IMG/VR virus record: IMGVR_UViG_2700989508_000034
Direction: 5' to 3' (one strand)
DNA from: a virus
Taxonomy: Duplodnaviria > Heunggongvirae > Uroviricota > Caudoviricetes
DNA: 33,644 bases
Shown here: piece after piece, positions 17,263-26,158 of the stretch
How positions within the stretch are numbered: the first letter of the stretch is position 1
Layout of the letters: each line of letters opens with the position of its first letter
Position numbers and translations under genes: made by a program
Notes under the pieces: generated by a model
What the model was told of the DNA's origin: nothing
What the model saw: the letters and a program-made list of their open reading frames with translations, nothing else
Databases searched by the model: none

Positions 17263-18765
17263 TCACAAAATGAAACGGATCTGTGCTGCCAGGAAGCGGA
17301 ACTGGTTAACCAGATCCGGCGTGCATAACACGTCAAGACGGTTTCGATCTGACGCATTACGCTCCACAAGCAGATTCTTTTTAAAGGTGTCCAGATTTTC
17401 GACCAGCCCGAGTTCCACCCACTCTTCACCCAGCGAAATTAACTGAAGCTTCATGATCTCCGGCGTCACGATATTCTGACCGGCACGAACGGGCGTCCCG
17501 TCATCAGCCAGTTTATGGCGCGGAAAACGTTGTGTGATAAAAGTACGCAGGGAATAACGCAGCCAGGAGAGGGTGTAGATGGTTTCCACATCCAGATAGC
17601 TGGGATCACTTTCGCCGTACACGTTCTGGCGATACATGGTCACCTGACGTTCGATCTGAACCACATCACCGGCAGCCACACTGACCGTGGCAATCCCTCC
17701 CCACAGCAGACTGTTACGCTCTTCACGCGTCAGACGATCGGCCGGAGCCGGGGCCATGCGTGACGGAAGCGCCAGCGTCTGAAGCGGACGCGCAGGATCT
17801 GCTCCCAGAGAGGGTGCACAGGTGGCACAGACCGCCGCTGCCCAGAGGTAATCCGGTTCAGGGGCTTTGGGAATGGATGTGCAGGTCGCCAGAAAATCAT
17901 TGCGTTTTGCCCCGAATGCCTGCACCTCACCAAACGTGCCGGTATGTGCCAGCCACAGCACGCCGTCAGACATTTTGGCCGGTCCCCAGCGTTTCAGAAG
18001 CTCATCACTGATGATTTTCAGGTTTGCATCATCCTTATAGGGCATGACGACATAGTTGTACTGGCGATCGCCCATACCCGCCACGCTTCGGGTGATATCC
18101 GGGTTAGCCGCTTTTTGTTTCGGATAGGCTATAGCGACCTGTATTCCTTCCGGGGTTGCTTCCCCGTCGTAATAGTTCAGGCGCACATCATGAACGGAGC
18201 ATTCACCGGTAAAGCGGGCGGTGATCCCCAGAGACCCTTTCAGACCTGCGCCATTATCACCACTTCCTGCACCAGAGGAGGCCGTGAAGGGCGCGTCAGG
18301 ATCGGCATTGATCAGCGCGGCCAGCTCGTCGGTCAGTTCTTTGCCTTTCTTACCTTTTGGTGCCGGGAGTGTATAACGCCGCCCCCCCACGCAGGCATAA
18401 ACAATCCCGTCACGGGTGACCGTTCCGGTCAGATTCATGGCCGCAGCCGTTGCCTGTCCGGTGCCGTTCCCCTGAGCAATGGCATACAGTTCAGCATCAG
18501 GATTGATGGCGATAAATTCCGCCACCATCAGGGCAATCATGGAGCCGCGCCCCCAGAGTTCTGTTGCCTGAGACGCACGGGTGATCCTGACCGGAACATC
18601 CAGAACACCGGCACCGTCCACGGCATTCTCTTTCATTCTCGCCTGACCAAACAGCAGCACACACTGACGCTGTGCCGGAGTGCCGGTGACAGCCATGGAG
18701 TTATTAAACTCAACCTCAATCAGCGGTATACGGCGGTCATTACCGATCCCGTCAAAATTAATCAT
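17263..18765 (-). CDS. Contractile tail sheath protein (Mu L-like)
   Basis: 500-aa ORF with strong RBS (AAGGAGA), followed by the tube gene; size and position typical of a myovirus sheath. Confidence 0.8.
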   Translation of the reverse strand: MINFDGIGNDRRIPLIEVEFNNSMAVTGTPAQRQCVLLFGQARMKENAVDGAGVLDVPVRITRASQATELWGRGSMIALMVAEFIAINPDAELYAIAQGNGTGQATAAAMNLTGTVTRDGIVYACVGGRRYTLPAPKGKKGKELTDELAALINADPDAPFTASSGAGSGDNGAGLKGSLGITARFTGECSVHDVRLNYYDGEATPEGIQVAIAYPKQKAANPDITRSVAGMGDRQYNYVVMPYKDDANLKIISDELLKRWGPAKMSDGVLWLAHTGTFGEVQAFGAKRNDFLATCTSIPKAPEPDYLWAAAVCATCAPSLGADPARPLQTLALPSRMAPAPADRLTREERNSLLWGGIATVSVAAGDVVQIERQVTMYRQNVYGESDPSYLDVETIYTLSWLRYSLRTFITQRFPRHKLADDGTPVRAGQNIVTPEIMKLQLISLGEEWVELGLVENLDTFKKNLLVERNASDRNRLDVLCTPDLVNQFRFLAAQIRFIL

Positions 18766-19007
18766 TGCGGTTTCTCCTTATCGGATGCCGGTTGGGCGAC
18801 CGGTTTTTCTGTCGCAGTCGTTGCATCCGCAGATACAGCCGGAGCCTCTTCAGCGGCTTTTTCAGCCTGAATGACATCGCCGTCATCAAGACGCCGACAC
18901 CAGAACGGCGTAAAGGGCTTTTCCTCCCCCTCCTGTGCCAGCGGGCGCATTGTGTCGGGATCACGAATCAGGCGTCCCGGCGCGGGTTTGATAAAGATGG
19001 TTTTCAT
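18762..19007 (-). CDS. Hypothetical phage protein (Mu gp38 position)
   Basis: 81-aa ORF translationally coupled between the gp37-like and sheath genes. Confidence 0.45.
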   Translation of the reverse strand: MKTIFIKPAPGRLIRDPDTMRPLAQEGEEKPFTPFWCRRLDDGDVIQAEKAAEEAPAVSADATTATEKPVAQPASDKEKPQ

Positions 19008-19568
19008 TTACAGTTCCTCCGGCGGTTCGACCGCCGTTGTCGTGTTCCCCGGCAAATCAATATGTGCCTCAAACGGCGGCGTACCGGGCGGCCCCACAAA
19101 GGTTTCGTAATGACGCAGGAAGTCGTCCAGCGAGCTGATATCGGTCAGCGGTGCGATCATTTCCTCGCAGGAGAAATAAAGCGCATACATCACCGCACCA
19201 CTGTCCGCCTGGGTTTCGGTGTAACCGTTGACAGCCTTTTCAAAGTAAAGCGGTGAGGTTTTTTCTGTTCTGAAGCCGTTAAGCACGGCAATCAGCCGGG
19301 CCACAATCTGATACAGTCCGGGACGGCTGGCCTCACGCCCGTTGAGCATGTCGCCGATGACGTAGAACACCCAGTGACTGACCAGGCGACCACGGGTACG
19401 GCCTTCACCGGCACCCAGCCAGGCAACGTAGATCGCCGGGGCGTTAATCAGCATGCTGCGCAGTACGCCGTCGCTCCAGTCGCCGGGATGCGTGTCAACA
19501 GACACAAGTTCATTCCCGAAATACTCACGGATACGGGCGATGTATGCCTGTTCGGTTTCCGTAATCAT
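19008..19568 (-). CDS. Phage head-tail joining/neck protein (Mu gp37 position)
   Basis: 186-aa ORF in the head-to-tail module; positional assignment. Confidence 0.5.
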   Translation of the reverse strand: MITETEQAYIARIREYFGNELVSVDTHPGDWSDGVLRSMLINAPAIYVAWLGAGEGRTRGRLVSHWVFYVIGDMLNGREASRPGLYQIVARLIAVLNGFRTEKTSPLYFEKAVNGYTETQADSGAVMYALYFSCEEMIAPLTDISSLDDFLRHYETFVGPPGTPPFEAHIDLPGNTTTAVEPPEEL

Positions 19569-19984
19569 ATGAAGCCCTTCTGGTTGCGCCCGAATACCGC
19601 TGCATCAGACTGAACCAGTGGTAAATCCCCGGATTCAGGGGCCGCACCGTTCGTATCCACACCGACCGGCACATTGCCGTTCATGACATCTTTCAGCCAG
19701 GCCAGCGCTTCACGGTAACGGTCACGCACCTGATCGGAGGCTCGCTGATCGCACAGGTAATAAAAGGCAATCGCGCAACAGTGCTGAACAAGAACGGCCG
19801 GAATAACCTCCAGCGGCAACGTGTAACGGGCGGACAGATAGCTGTCGATAAGGGCTGACGCATCTGTCAGCGCCCGGTTCAGCTTGCGCGTGTCCGGCTC
19901 ATCCGAACGGGGCACAGCCAGTAACGGCCTGAGCAAATCCTCGCGGTAACGCGCCCGCATATCGGTTTCAGTGGCGTAATTCAT
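19565..19984 (-). CDS. Phage head completion/connector protein (Mu gp36 position)
   Basis: 139-aa ORF with ATGA overlap to the upstream gene. Confidence 0.5.
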   Translation of the reverse strand: MNYATETDMRARYREDLLRPLLAVPRSDEPDTRKLNRALTDASALIDSYLSARYTLPLEVIPAVLVQHCCAIAFYYLCDQRASDQVRDRYREALAWLKDVMNGNVPVGVDTNGAAPESGDLPLVQSDAAVFGRNQKGFI

Positions 19985-20358
19985 GCGCGGGCCTTTTTCG
20001 CCTGTTTCGCTTTGTTACCGGTCTTTTTCCGGGGAGCATCCTGTCCGGCTTCGGCTTCGGCTTCGGCTTCGGCTTCGGCTAAATCTGTACAGGCCACTGC
20101 ATGAACCACACCCGCCACGCTCCCCGCATCATCAGCAGACGTCTGTAGTATTCGCACAGTGAGGCATGGCTCCGCCTCCAGTCGGGCAAGCTGCTCCGGG
20201 GTGACCTCAACCTGCTGACGTCCACGCGTGAACAGGAACCCCGCACGACGAAACGCCGAACGACTGCAACGCACTTCTGCCAGCACCGTGACAGAATTGT
20301 CACCACTGACCTGAAGACCTGAATCATCTGTTGCTGCCACAGTGTGATGTTCATTCAT
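19981..20358 (-). CDS. Hypothetical head-associated protein with (Ala-Glu)n repeat and basic C-terminal tail
   Basis: 125 aa; ...LAEAEAEAEAEAGQDAPRKKTGNKAKQAKKARA; directly downstream of the major head gene. Confidence 0.5.
   Translation of the reverse strand: MNEHHTVAATDDSGLQVSGDNSVTVLAEVRCSRSAFRRAGFLFTRGRQQVEVTPEQLARLEAEPCLTVRILQTSADDAGSVAGVVHAVACTDLAEAEAEAEAEAGQDAPRKKTGNKAKQAKKARA
20047..20080. repeat. Hexanucleotide tandem repeat (GGCTTC)5 plus partial copy
   Basis: Direct reading of 20047-20080; in-frame within CDS 19981..20358. Confidence 0.9.
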
Positions 20359-20401
20359 ATTTGCCCTCCGCAGGGGCCGGGCCGTAAGCCCGGCTCACCG
20401 T

Positions 20402-21349
20402 TTACAGATAATCCGCGACAACCAGCTCCAGCTTGCCCTTCATCTCGTTAGAGACGGTTGCGTTTCCGTCTGCGAACAGTTCACGCTCCAGCAGCTGCAC
20501 CGCCTGTTTTTCCAGCGAGGTGGGGACAACAATATGGGTGGGTTTGATGCCGAGTTTGCGGCCACCGTCAGCGGTAAATTCGCGCATGGCTGACCAGCCG
20601 TGCCACAGTGCATCCAGCGTCAGCGGTGACTGCATCATGTAGGCCATCTGCCAGAAGCCGTAGCCCACATTGCGACGGGCGGATGCACCAAACACAAATT
20701 CATTATCGGTGAATGCGCGACCTTCATCGACTTTGGTCTGGGCAACCAGTTCAGCCTTACGGCGATCCTGATAAATCAGCGGTTTTACCGCGCGGGAGCA
20801 GTCAAGCAGATACCAGGCCGGACCGCTGTAATCAGCCTGTGCGCCGACAGAGCCGGTTTTTGCCACAAACATATTGCTGACCATCTGCGCATCCCCGGAG
20901 CCATCCACTTTAGGGTAAACCGGATGTTCGGTATCAAAGAAGTTCTGACCGTCATAGCAGGCCGCACTGATCCCGTCACGCAGGGCAGCAAAGACCAGCT
21001 CATCCGGTTGTACCGCCGCAGCGCGCCCCATCTCCTGGAACAACGGGGAATAAATACCGAGGTTGTCGTCTTCGAAGTCATCGCGGCTAATGGCGACAGT
21101 GCCTTCAAAAGTTTTGTTCACGATGGCATAGCCATAGGCTTTCATCTTCTCGATGACGCGGGAGCCGATCCACTCACGGAACTGCGGGAACTGCCCCAGC
21201 CAGCCGTAGGTGTTGGATTTCGATGTGGAGGGCACGGTCATCGCAATTTTTTTATACTGCGACGGGGCCATGGACATCCCGGCCTGAAAATCAGAACGGT
21301 AGCCCGTCATCAGGGCGGTGATCATCGCCGGTGTAATCGGGGTAGGCAT
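20402..21349 (-). CDS. Major head (capsid) subunit, Mu T-like
   Basis: 315-aa ORF immediately after the protease/scaffold gene (TAATG overlap); size and position as for Mu T. Confidence 0.75.
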   Translation of the reverse strand: MPTPITPAMITALMTGYRSDFQAGMSMAPSQYKKIAMTVPSTSKSNTYGWLGQFPQFREWIGSRVIEKMKAYGYAIVNKTFEGTVAISRDDFEDDNLGIYSPLFQEMGRAAAVQPDELVFAALRDGISAACYDGQNFFDTEHPVYPKVDGSGDAQMVSNMFVAKTGSVGAQADYSGPAWYLLDCSRAVKPLIYQDRRKAELVAQTKVDEGRAFTDNEFVFGASARRNVGYGFWQMAYMMQSPLTLDALWHGWSAMREFTADGGRKLGIKPTHIVVPTSLEKQAVQLLERELFADGNATVSNEMKGKLELVVADYL

Positions 21350-22473
21350 TATTGCATTTCCTCTTTCATTTTCAGGAACTCGGCTTCGGTTTTACCCAGC
21401 AGTTTGGCGGCCGCGATATCTTCAGCCGACAGCGCAGCGGTGGCAGTCTTTTTATCCGGCACGGTCACGGTGTCGGTCTGAAGAGAGGTCAGGGCCGCAA
21501 CCGGCTGGCGGGCGTCAAGCTGTGCAGAAAGTGCCGCAACGCCAATCTGCCCGCCCAGTTGTTCCAGATAGCCGCGTTCGCTTTTGAAGATGCGCCCTTC
21601 GGATTCAGCCTTGTCCAGCAACTGCTCCAGCGTGGTGCTGCCGTGCTGCGCCGACAGCGCAACGTATTCGGTACGCAGGGCGTTATACGTTTCAACGGGC
21701 ACGTATTTCGTCAGATCAATACTGCCGCCAGCCGGTGTGCCTTTTGCGGTTTCCAGCTCTGCCGACAGACTGGCGACCTGTGTTTTCAGGTTGTCGTGTG
21801 CATCCGCACGGGTTTTGATCCCGGTGAGGGCAGACAGCGCCGCCGTGCCCAGCTCCGGCGTAAATTCGTCACCGTCAGCCACGGTCAGACCGAGCGCCGT
21901 CAGCAACTGGCGTAATTGCTCATTCATGGAGGTATCCTTTAAAGGAGGGTTTAAGGCGTTATAAAGGTCATCCGCCGACAGCGCGGCGACAGGATTCATG
22001 CCGGTCAGACCGGGGTCACCGGTAATAGCCAGCATCCGAAGTTCGACAGGTTCGCCGGTGTTCTCGTCATAGCCAATCACCGGTGAAAACCAGGGGAATT
22101 CGTTATTACGCAGATGTTCAAGGGCCGGAGGGTTCCACTTCGGGCGCACCTCGAAGCCACGCTCTTCACTGAAGCGAAAATTCTCCGGTGAGGCCATCAC
22201 AAAACCGGCAGCCGGTGCCTGATGCCCCTTAATCAGGGTCTGGTGGTTGTAGTCAATTTTCACTGGCTGATTGAGCGCCACAACCCGGGAGACCATGCGC
22301 TCAACGGCTGCATGGTTGATCAGCCAGCCCTCGGCCGGTTTTTCCGGGCGACCGTCACGGGCCTTTACCCGACCGGCTGGCATGATCTGACACCAGTCAC
22401 CGTCCCCGTCTGCGGACAGGCTGATGGCATTCAGAATGGCATAAGCAAGTTTGGGCGTGTTTTTCGTCTTCAT
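21349..22473 (-). CDS. Head maturation protease/scaffold protein, Mu I-like
   Basis: 374 aa; N-terminal protease-like part followed by Ala/Leu/Thr-rich helical scaffold-like C-terminal half; between G and T genes. Confidence 0.75.
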   Translation of the reverse strand: MKTKNTPKLAYAILNAISLSADGDGDWCQIMPAGRVKARDGRPEKPAEGWLINHAAVERMVSRVVALNQPVKIDYNHQTLIKGHQAPAAGFVMASPENFRFSEERGFEVRPKWNPPALEHLRNNEFPWFSPVIGYDENTGEPVELRMLAITGDPGLTGMNPVAALSADDLYNALNPPLKDTSMNEQLRQLLTALGLTVADGDEFTPELGTAALSALTGIKTRADAHDNLKTQVASLSAELETAKGTPAGGSIDLTKYVPVETYNALRTEYVALSAQHGSTTLEQLLDKAESEGRIFKSERGYLEQLGGQIGVAALSAQLDARQPVAALTSLQTDTVTVPDKKTATAALSAEDIAAAKLLGKTEAEFLKMKEEMQ

Positions 22474-22649
22474 TCCGGCAGCATAAGCCGGGAATTTTCA
22501 GGGCGGGTTTTGCGGGATTTCAGGAAGTGCTTTCAGGGGAAAAATACAAAGGCGCTTCACGCAGATTTTAAAGCCCGTTAAATTCAGGTTAGAAAATCAC
22601 GACACGCGCCTGAAGGGGGTAAGGTAATGCATTTGCATACCTTAAACAA

Positions 22650-23123
22650 TTAAGGCGTTTCTGTGGCCTTTTTAAAGCGTTTTCTGATTTCGTCCATGAT
22701 CTCCTGCTCTGCCACCTGATCAAAGCCCATATACGGACGTGCACCAATGGCCGCCGGTCCAGGCGGCATACCTGGCAGCCCCCCCCACTGATGAATGGCC
22801 GCATAAGGCTCATTTGATCCAATCAGCGCCCAGGTATCGCCATAATCCGTGGTCAGGCGTCGGGCCAGATCGCCGTTCAGCGTCAGGATTTTGCCGGGCA
22901 TGTATCCCTTACGGGTACGCCACTTGCGGTAAGGATCTGACCAGTCATGCCAGCGTTCGCCGTCCGGCTCTTTTTCCTGTTCAAACGCCATTTCTGACGA
23001 TGACAGAAGGCTGGACGCCACACTGCGGGTCAGGTCTTTTCCACCACCCACAAACTGAAGCCGGGCAAAGACCCGCTGGAGACGCGTAACGTCAACAACG
23101 ACAGCGGCATCAATGGATGACAT
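22650..23123 (-). CDS. Virion morphogenesis protein, Mu G-like
   Basis: 157-aa ORF between F-like and I-like genes. Confidence 0.65.
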   Translation of the reverse strand: MSSIDAAVVVDVTRLQRVFARLQFVGGGKDLTRSVASSLLSSSEMAFEQEKEPDGERWHDWSDPYRKWRTRKGYMPGKILTLNGDLARRLTTDYGDTWALIGSNEPYAAIHQWGGLPGMPPGPAAIGARPYMGFDQVAEQEIMDEIRKRFKKATETP

Positions 23124-23244
23124 ATTGCCTCCGCATAAAGGATGAATATAAAATAAACAGGCGGTCAGTGTACGCTTAACTGGTAAAGTCGGTGCCTGCC
23201 TCCGGGTGGATCATGTATGCGGGTTCGACCCCCGCCACTGACCG

Positions 23245-24576
23245 TTAATCAATATCTCCTTCCAGTACCTCAAGCATTCCGCCCCGGATATCCGATTTCA
23301 GCTTATCCATATTGATAACCCGGTAAGCATTAACAATCACATCCAGTTTATCCGGCTGACGCTTCAGGCTGTACGGTGCATTAACGGCAATCTGCACACT
23401 GCCATCCTGATTTTCCACGATATACATCAGATTGTTGTGCCGTTTGTCCCACAGTACCGCTTTTGGCCTTGCCAGCATTGCCGGTAAGCGCCCGAAATCC
23501 TCCGGCGTCAGGGCGATACCGTCATTCTGATGTTTCATGCTGTCCGCATGGAGCACATTTTTACCGCTCATCGCCAGCAGGCGGGCCGGTGGCGTTCCCG
23601 TCCGGCTTTCCACCGCCTGCGCAATGCTTTCGGTCATAAAGCCCAGCGTGCGGATATCGTTACCGCCTCGCCGGGTTTTCATGATGTTTTTTGCCCAGAT
23701 GCGGAACGCCAGTTGCCGCTCCGGGCTGTTGTTCATCTCCTGAACCACCATTTCCCGCAGCGCCGGGCTTTTCACCTCGATCAGTTTACGGATCAGCGCC
23801 TGGTCTGTGCCGAACGCCGCCGAACCGGGGTTATATGACCAGCCCACATCCGGTGTCATGGTTCTGGTGCCATCTGAATATGTGGTCACCGGCATTTCTC
23901 TGACTTCCCCGGTCTGCTTATCCACGCCAGCCTCAACATTGCGGGTGGAGAGATGATCCTGACCGGATGAAACGGATAACCCCATTGCATCCAGACGGGC
24001 CTGAGACAATGGCCGGACACGGCAGCGACAGTTCCAGCCATTGGGTGGGTAGTGTGTATTCCAGAACGGATCGTCATAGCGGAATACCAGACCGTTAAGA
24101 GCGGAATGCGCCGGGCGGGTGCGGCTGTCCATCACCGCCACATACTGCCAGAACGGATGCGTGTCCGTGTTGTTCATCATCTGCGTGTAACGCCCGGCAT
24201 TGTAAGCCACACGGGTGTTCACGTTGTAAATCAGCGCCAGACGGCGGGGACTGCCCAGCTGCACTTCTTCTGCGTTACCGGCGCTGTCCACCACAATCTG
24301 TTTTCCCCACCATCCCAGCTTTTGCAGGCGGGGTGTCAGCGTGCTGATAAATGCTTTCTGTGAAATCCCCTCATCAACAGCACGCTGCACTTCCGCCTGT
24401 AGTGTGGTCAGTACGTCCAGGCGTGCCACTCTTGCCGCCGTGAATGAACGGGCATGAACATCCGCGTCTGTTTCGAACCAGTTCCAGCTGATATGCGCCC
24501 CTTTGGCGCGGAAGTATGCCACCGCCTCTTTTGAGGGAAGGGTGGCGGCATAACCTAAATCAATCCCCTGTGCCAT
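23245..24576 (-). CDS. Head morphogenesis protein, Mu F-like
   Basis: 443-aa ORF directly after the portal gene. Confidence 0.7.
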   Translation of the reverse strand: MAQGIDLGYAATLPSKEAVAYFRAKGAHISWNWFETDADVHARSFTAARVARLDVLTTLQAEVQRAVDEGISQKAFISTLTPRLQKLGWWGKQIVVDSAGNAEEVQLGSPRRLALIYNVNTRVAYNAGRYTQMMNNTDTHPFWQYVAVMDSRTRPAHSALNGLVFRYDDPFWNTHYPPNGWNCRCRVRPLSQARLDAMGLSVSSGQDHLSTRNVEAGVDKQTGEVREMPVTTYSDGTRTMTPDVGWSYNPGSAAFGTDQALIRKLIEVKSPALREMVVQEMNNSPERQLAFRIWAKNIMKTRRGGNDIRTLGFMTESIAQAVESRTGTPPARLLAMSGKNVLHADSMKHQNDGIALTPEDFGRLPAMLARPKAVLWDKRHNNLMYIVENQDGSVQIAVNAPYSLKRQPDKLDVIVNAYRVINMDKLKSDIRGGMLEVLEGDID

Positions 24577-26158
24577 CCAGCATCCCCTTCATTTCCGCAG
24601 CAAACATGGCATCACTGAGCAGCGTCATCAGGCGGGAATCATCCATTTCACGGTAAAGGGCGGGCAGGTCTGCCAGTGCCTCCGCCAGCCCCCGCGTTCT
24701 GATGGCATCAATGACCGGCTCCAGTACCGGGTCGATGGCCTCCTGTAACCGGCGGGCAGGCACCGCATCCCCCATGTCGTCCAGTTCATCACGGGGGCTG
24801 CTTTTCGCTTCCGGCAGTCTGGCAGCCAGCGCTGTCTGCTCTGTCTTCTCCTGTTTTTCCGGTGGCATCTCTTTGTCTGTCTGAGCAGGTTCATTGCCAC
24901 TCTGACGGACACGGAAGATGGCTTCACCGGGCGTGGGCTGCGGAATACCGGTCTGCTCCCTTATCCAGGGATCAGAAATATCCATCCCCGTACTGAGCTG
25001 CATCACCGCACTGGTGATTTTGGTGATATCCCCCGGCTCTTTTGTCTGGAAACAGATACGCGGCAGGCGACGGATATCAATGGCGTGGGCGGTGTTCAGG
25101 GCATACAGCGGATACACCAGATCGCGGTTCAGCGTGGCGGCCAGCTGGCGTAAATCAGAATCCCTGATTTCCCGGCGCACCTCGTTATGCACTTCACCCA
25201 GCGAGCGCGCGCCTTTGTCTCCGGCTTCCGTGGTCAGCGTGCCGCCGAGTATTGCTTTGGAGATGGAACGCTCCCCCCACGAAATCATGGTTTCAAACGG
25301 ATCGGCCTGACCGTTCGCGGCTGCCTGAAACTCCAGAGACATCCCGGCCGGGATGATCCCGCCTGTACGTCGCCCGATATCCATCACCGCCCGCATCAGG
25401 GCGCTTTTCTGCTCCGGCGTTGCCCCGGACGGGTATTTACCGATCTTCATCGGCAGGCCGTACACCTCCAGAAATTCAGCCAGATCGCGCACGGAATAGT
25501 TTTTGAAAATGAACGGCCAGATAAGCGTTCTGACAAGCCCTGTTGCGCCGCCGTAACCGGTGCGTGAACGTGACTGATGCACTATCCAGCCAAAGGGCTG
25601 AAACGCCACCCCGGCATGGCTGCCGTCACGCAGCCGCAGTTCGCTCAAATCATCCGGGTTAAGGCAGAAATGCCCGCTGTCACGCCAGCGGATGGCGCGG
25701 ATGATGTGCATTTTACCGAGCATCCCGTGCTCAATCTCCATGCAGGAATAGCCTTTCAGGATGGCATCGGTGGCATCAAACAGCATGGCATCAAACCAGT
25801 CGGCGGAATGCAGGTATTCGTCGAGCATTTCCGCGTCCTTTTTCTCATTCGCGCTGGCGTTCGGTGGCGGCTCAATACTCCAGGGCACCCCCTGAATGGC
25901 AAGGCGTCGCTTGCCCAGCTCTGCAAAAAGGTGGGTATCCTTTTCTTCAATGTCAGCGGCCAGATCGGACTGGGCAATCAGATCGCCACGTTCAGCCCCG
26001 CGAAGGCACTGTGCCGCCCGGTTCGGGGTGATACCCGAGGCCGGATGTTCAATATAACGGCTGGCAATCTGCGGAATATCCAGCGCGGCGCTCTGCATCT
26101 CCGGGTCAAAGGAGAAAGGTTTTCCGTCAAGATCAATTATACGTCCCACTACCAGCAC
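24560..26158 (-). CDS. Portal protein (Mu H/gp29-like); start uncertain (GTG candidates)
   Basis: 532-aa ORF following the terminase large subunit gene. Confidence 0.75.
   Translation of the reverse strand: MLVVGRIIDLDGKPFSFDPEMQSAALDIPQIASRYIEHPASGITPNRAAQCLRGAERGDLIAQSDLAADIEEKDTHLFAELGKRRLAIQGVPWSIEPPPNASANEKKDAEMLDEYLHSADWFDAMLFDATDAILKGYSCMEIEHGMLGKMHIIRAIRWRDSGHFCLNPDDLSELRLRDGSHAGVAFQPFGWIVHQSRSRTGYGGATGLVRTLIWPFIFKNYSVRDLAEFLEVYGLPMKIGKYPSGATPEQKSALMRAVMDIGRRTGGIIPAGMSLEFQAAANGQADPFETMISWGERSISKAILGGTLTTEAGDKGARSLGEVHNEVRREIRDSDLRQLAATLNRDLVYPLYALNTAHAIDIRRLPRICFQTKEPGDITKITSAVMQLSTGMDISDPWIREQTGIPQPTPGEAIFRVRQSGNEPAQTDKEMPPEKQEKTEQTALAARLPEAKSSPRDELDDMGDAVPARRLQEAIDPVLEPVIDAIRTRGLAEALADLPALYREMDDSRLMTLLSDAMFAAEMKGMLDGTGD

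Noticed and set aside
22474-22649. Anti-CRISPR locus between G and I, as in Pseudomonas Mu-like phages
   Set aside because: No ORF longer than ~13 codons on the coding strand in this gap.
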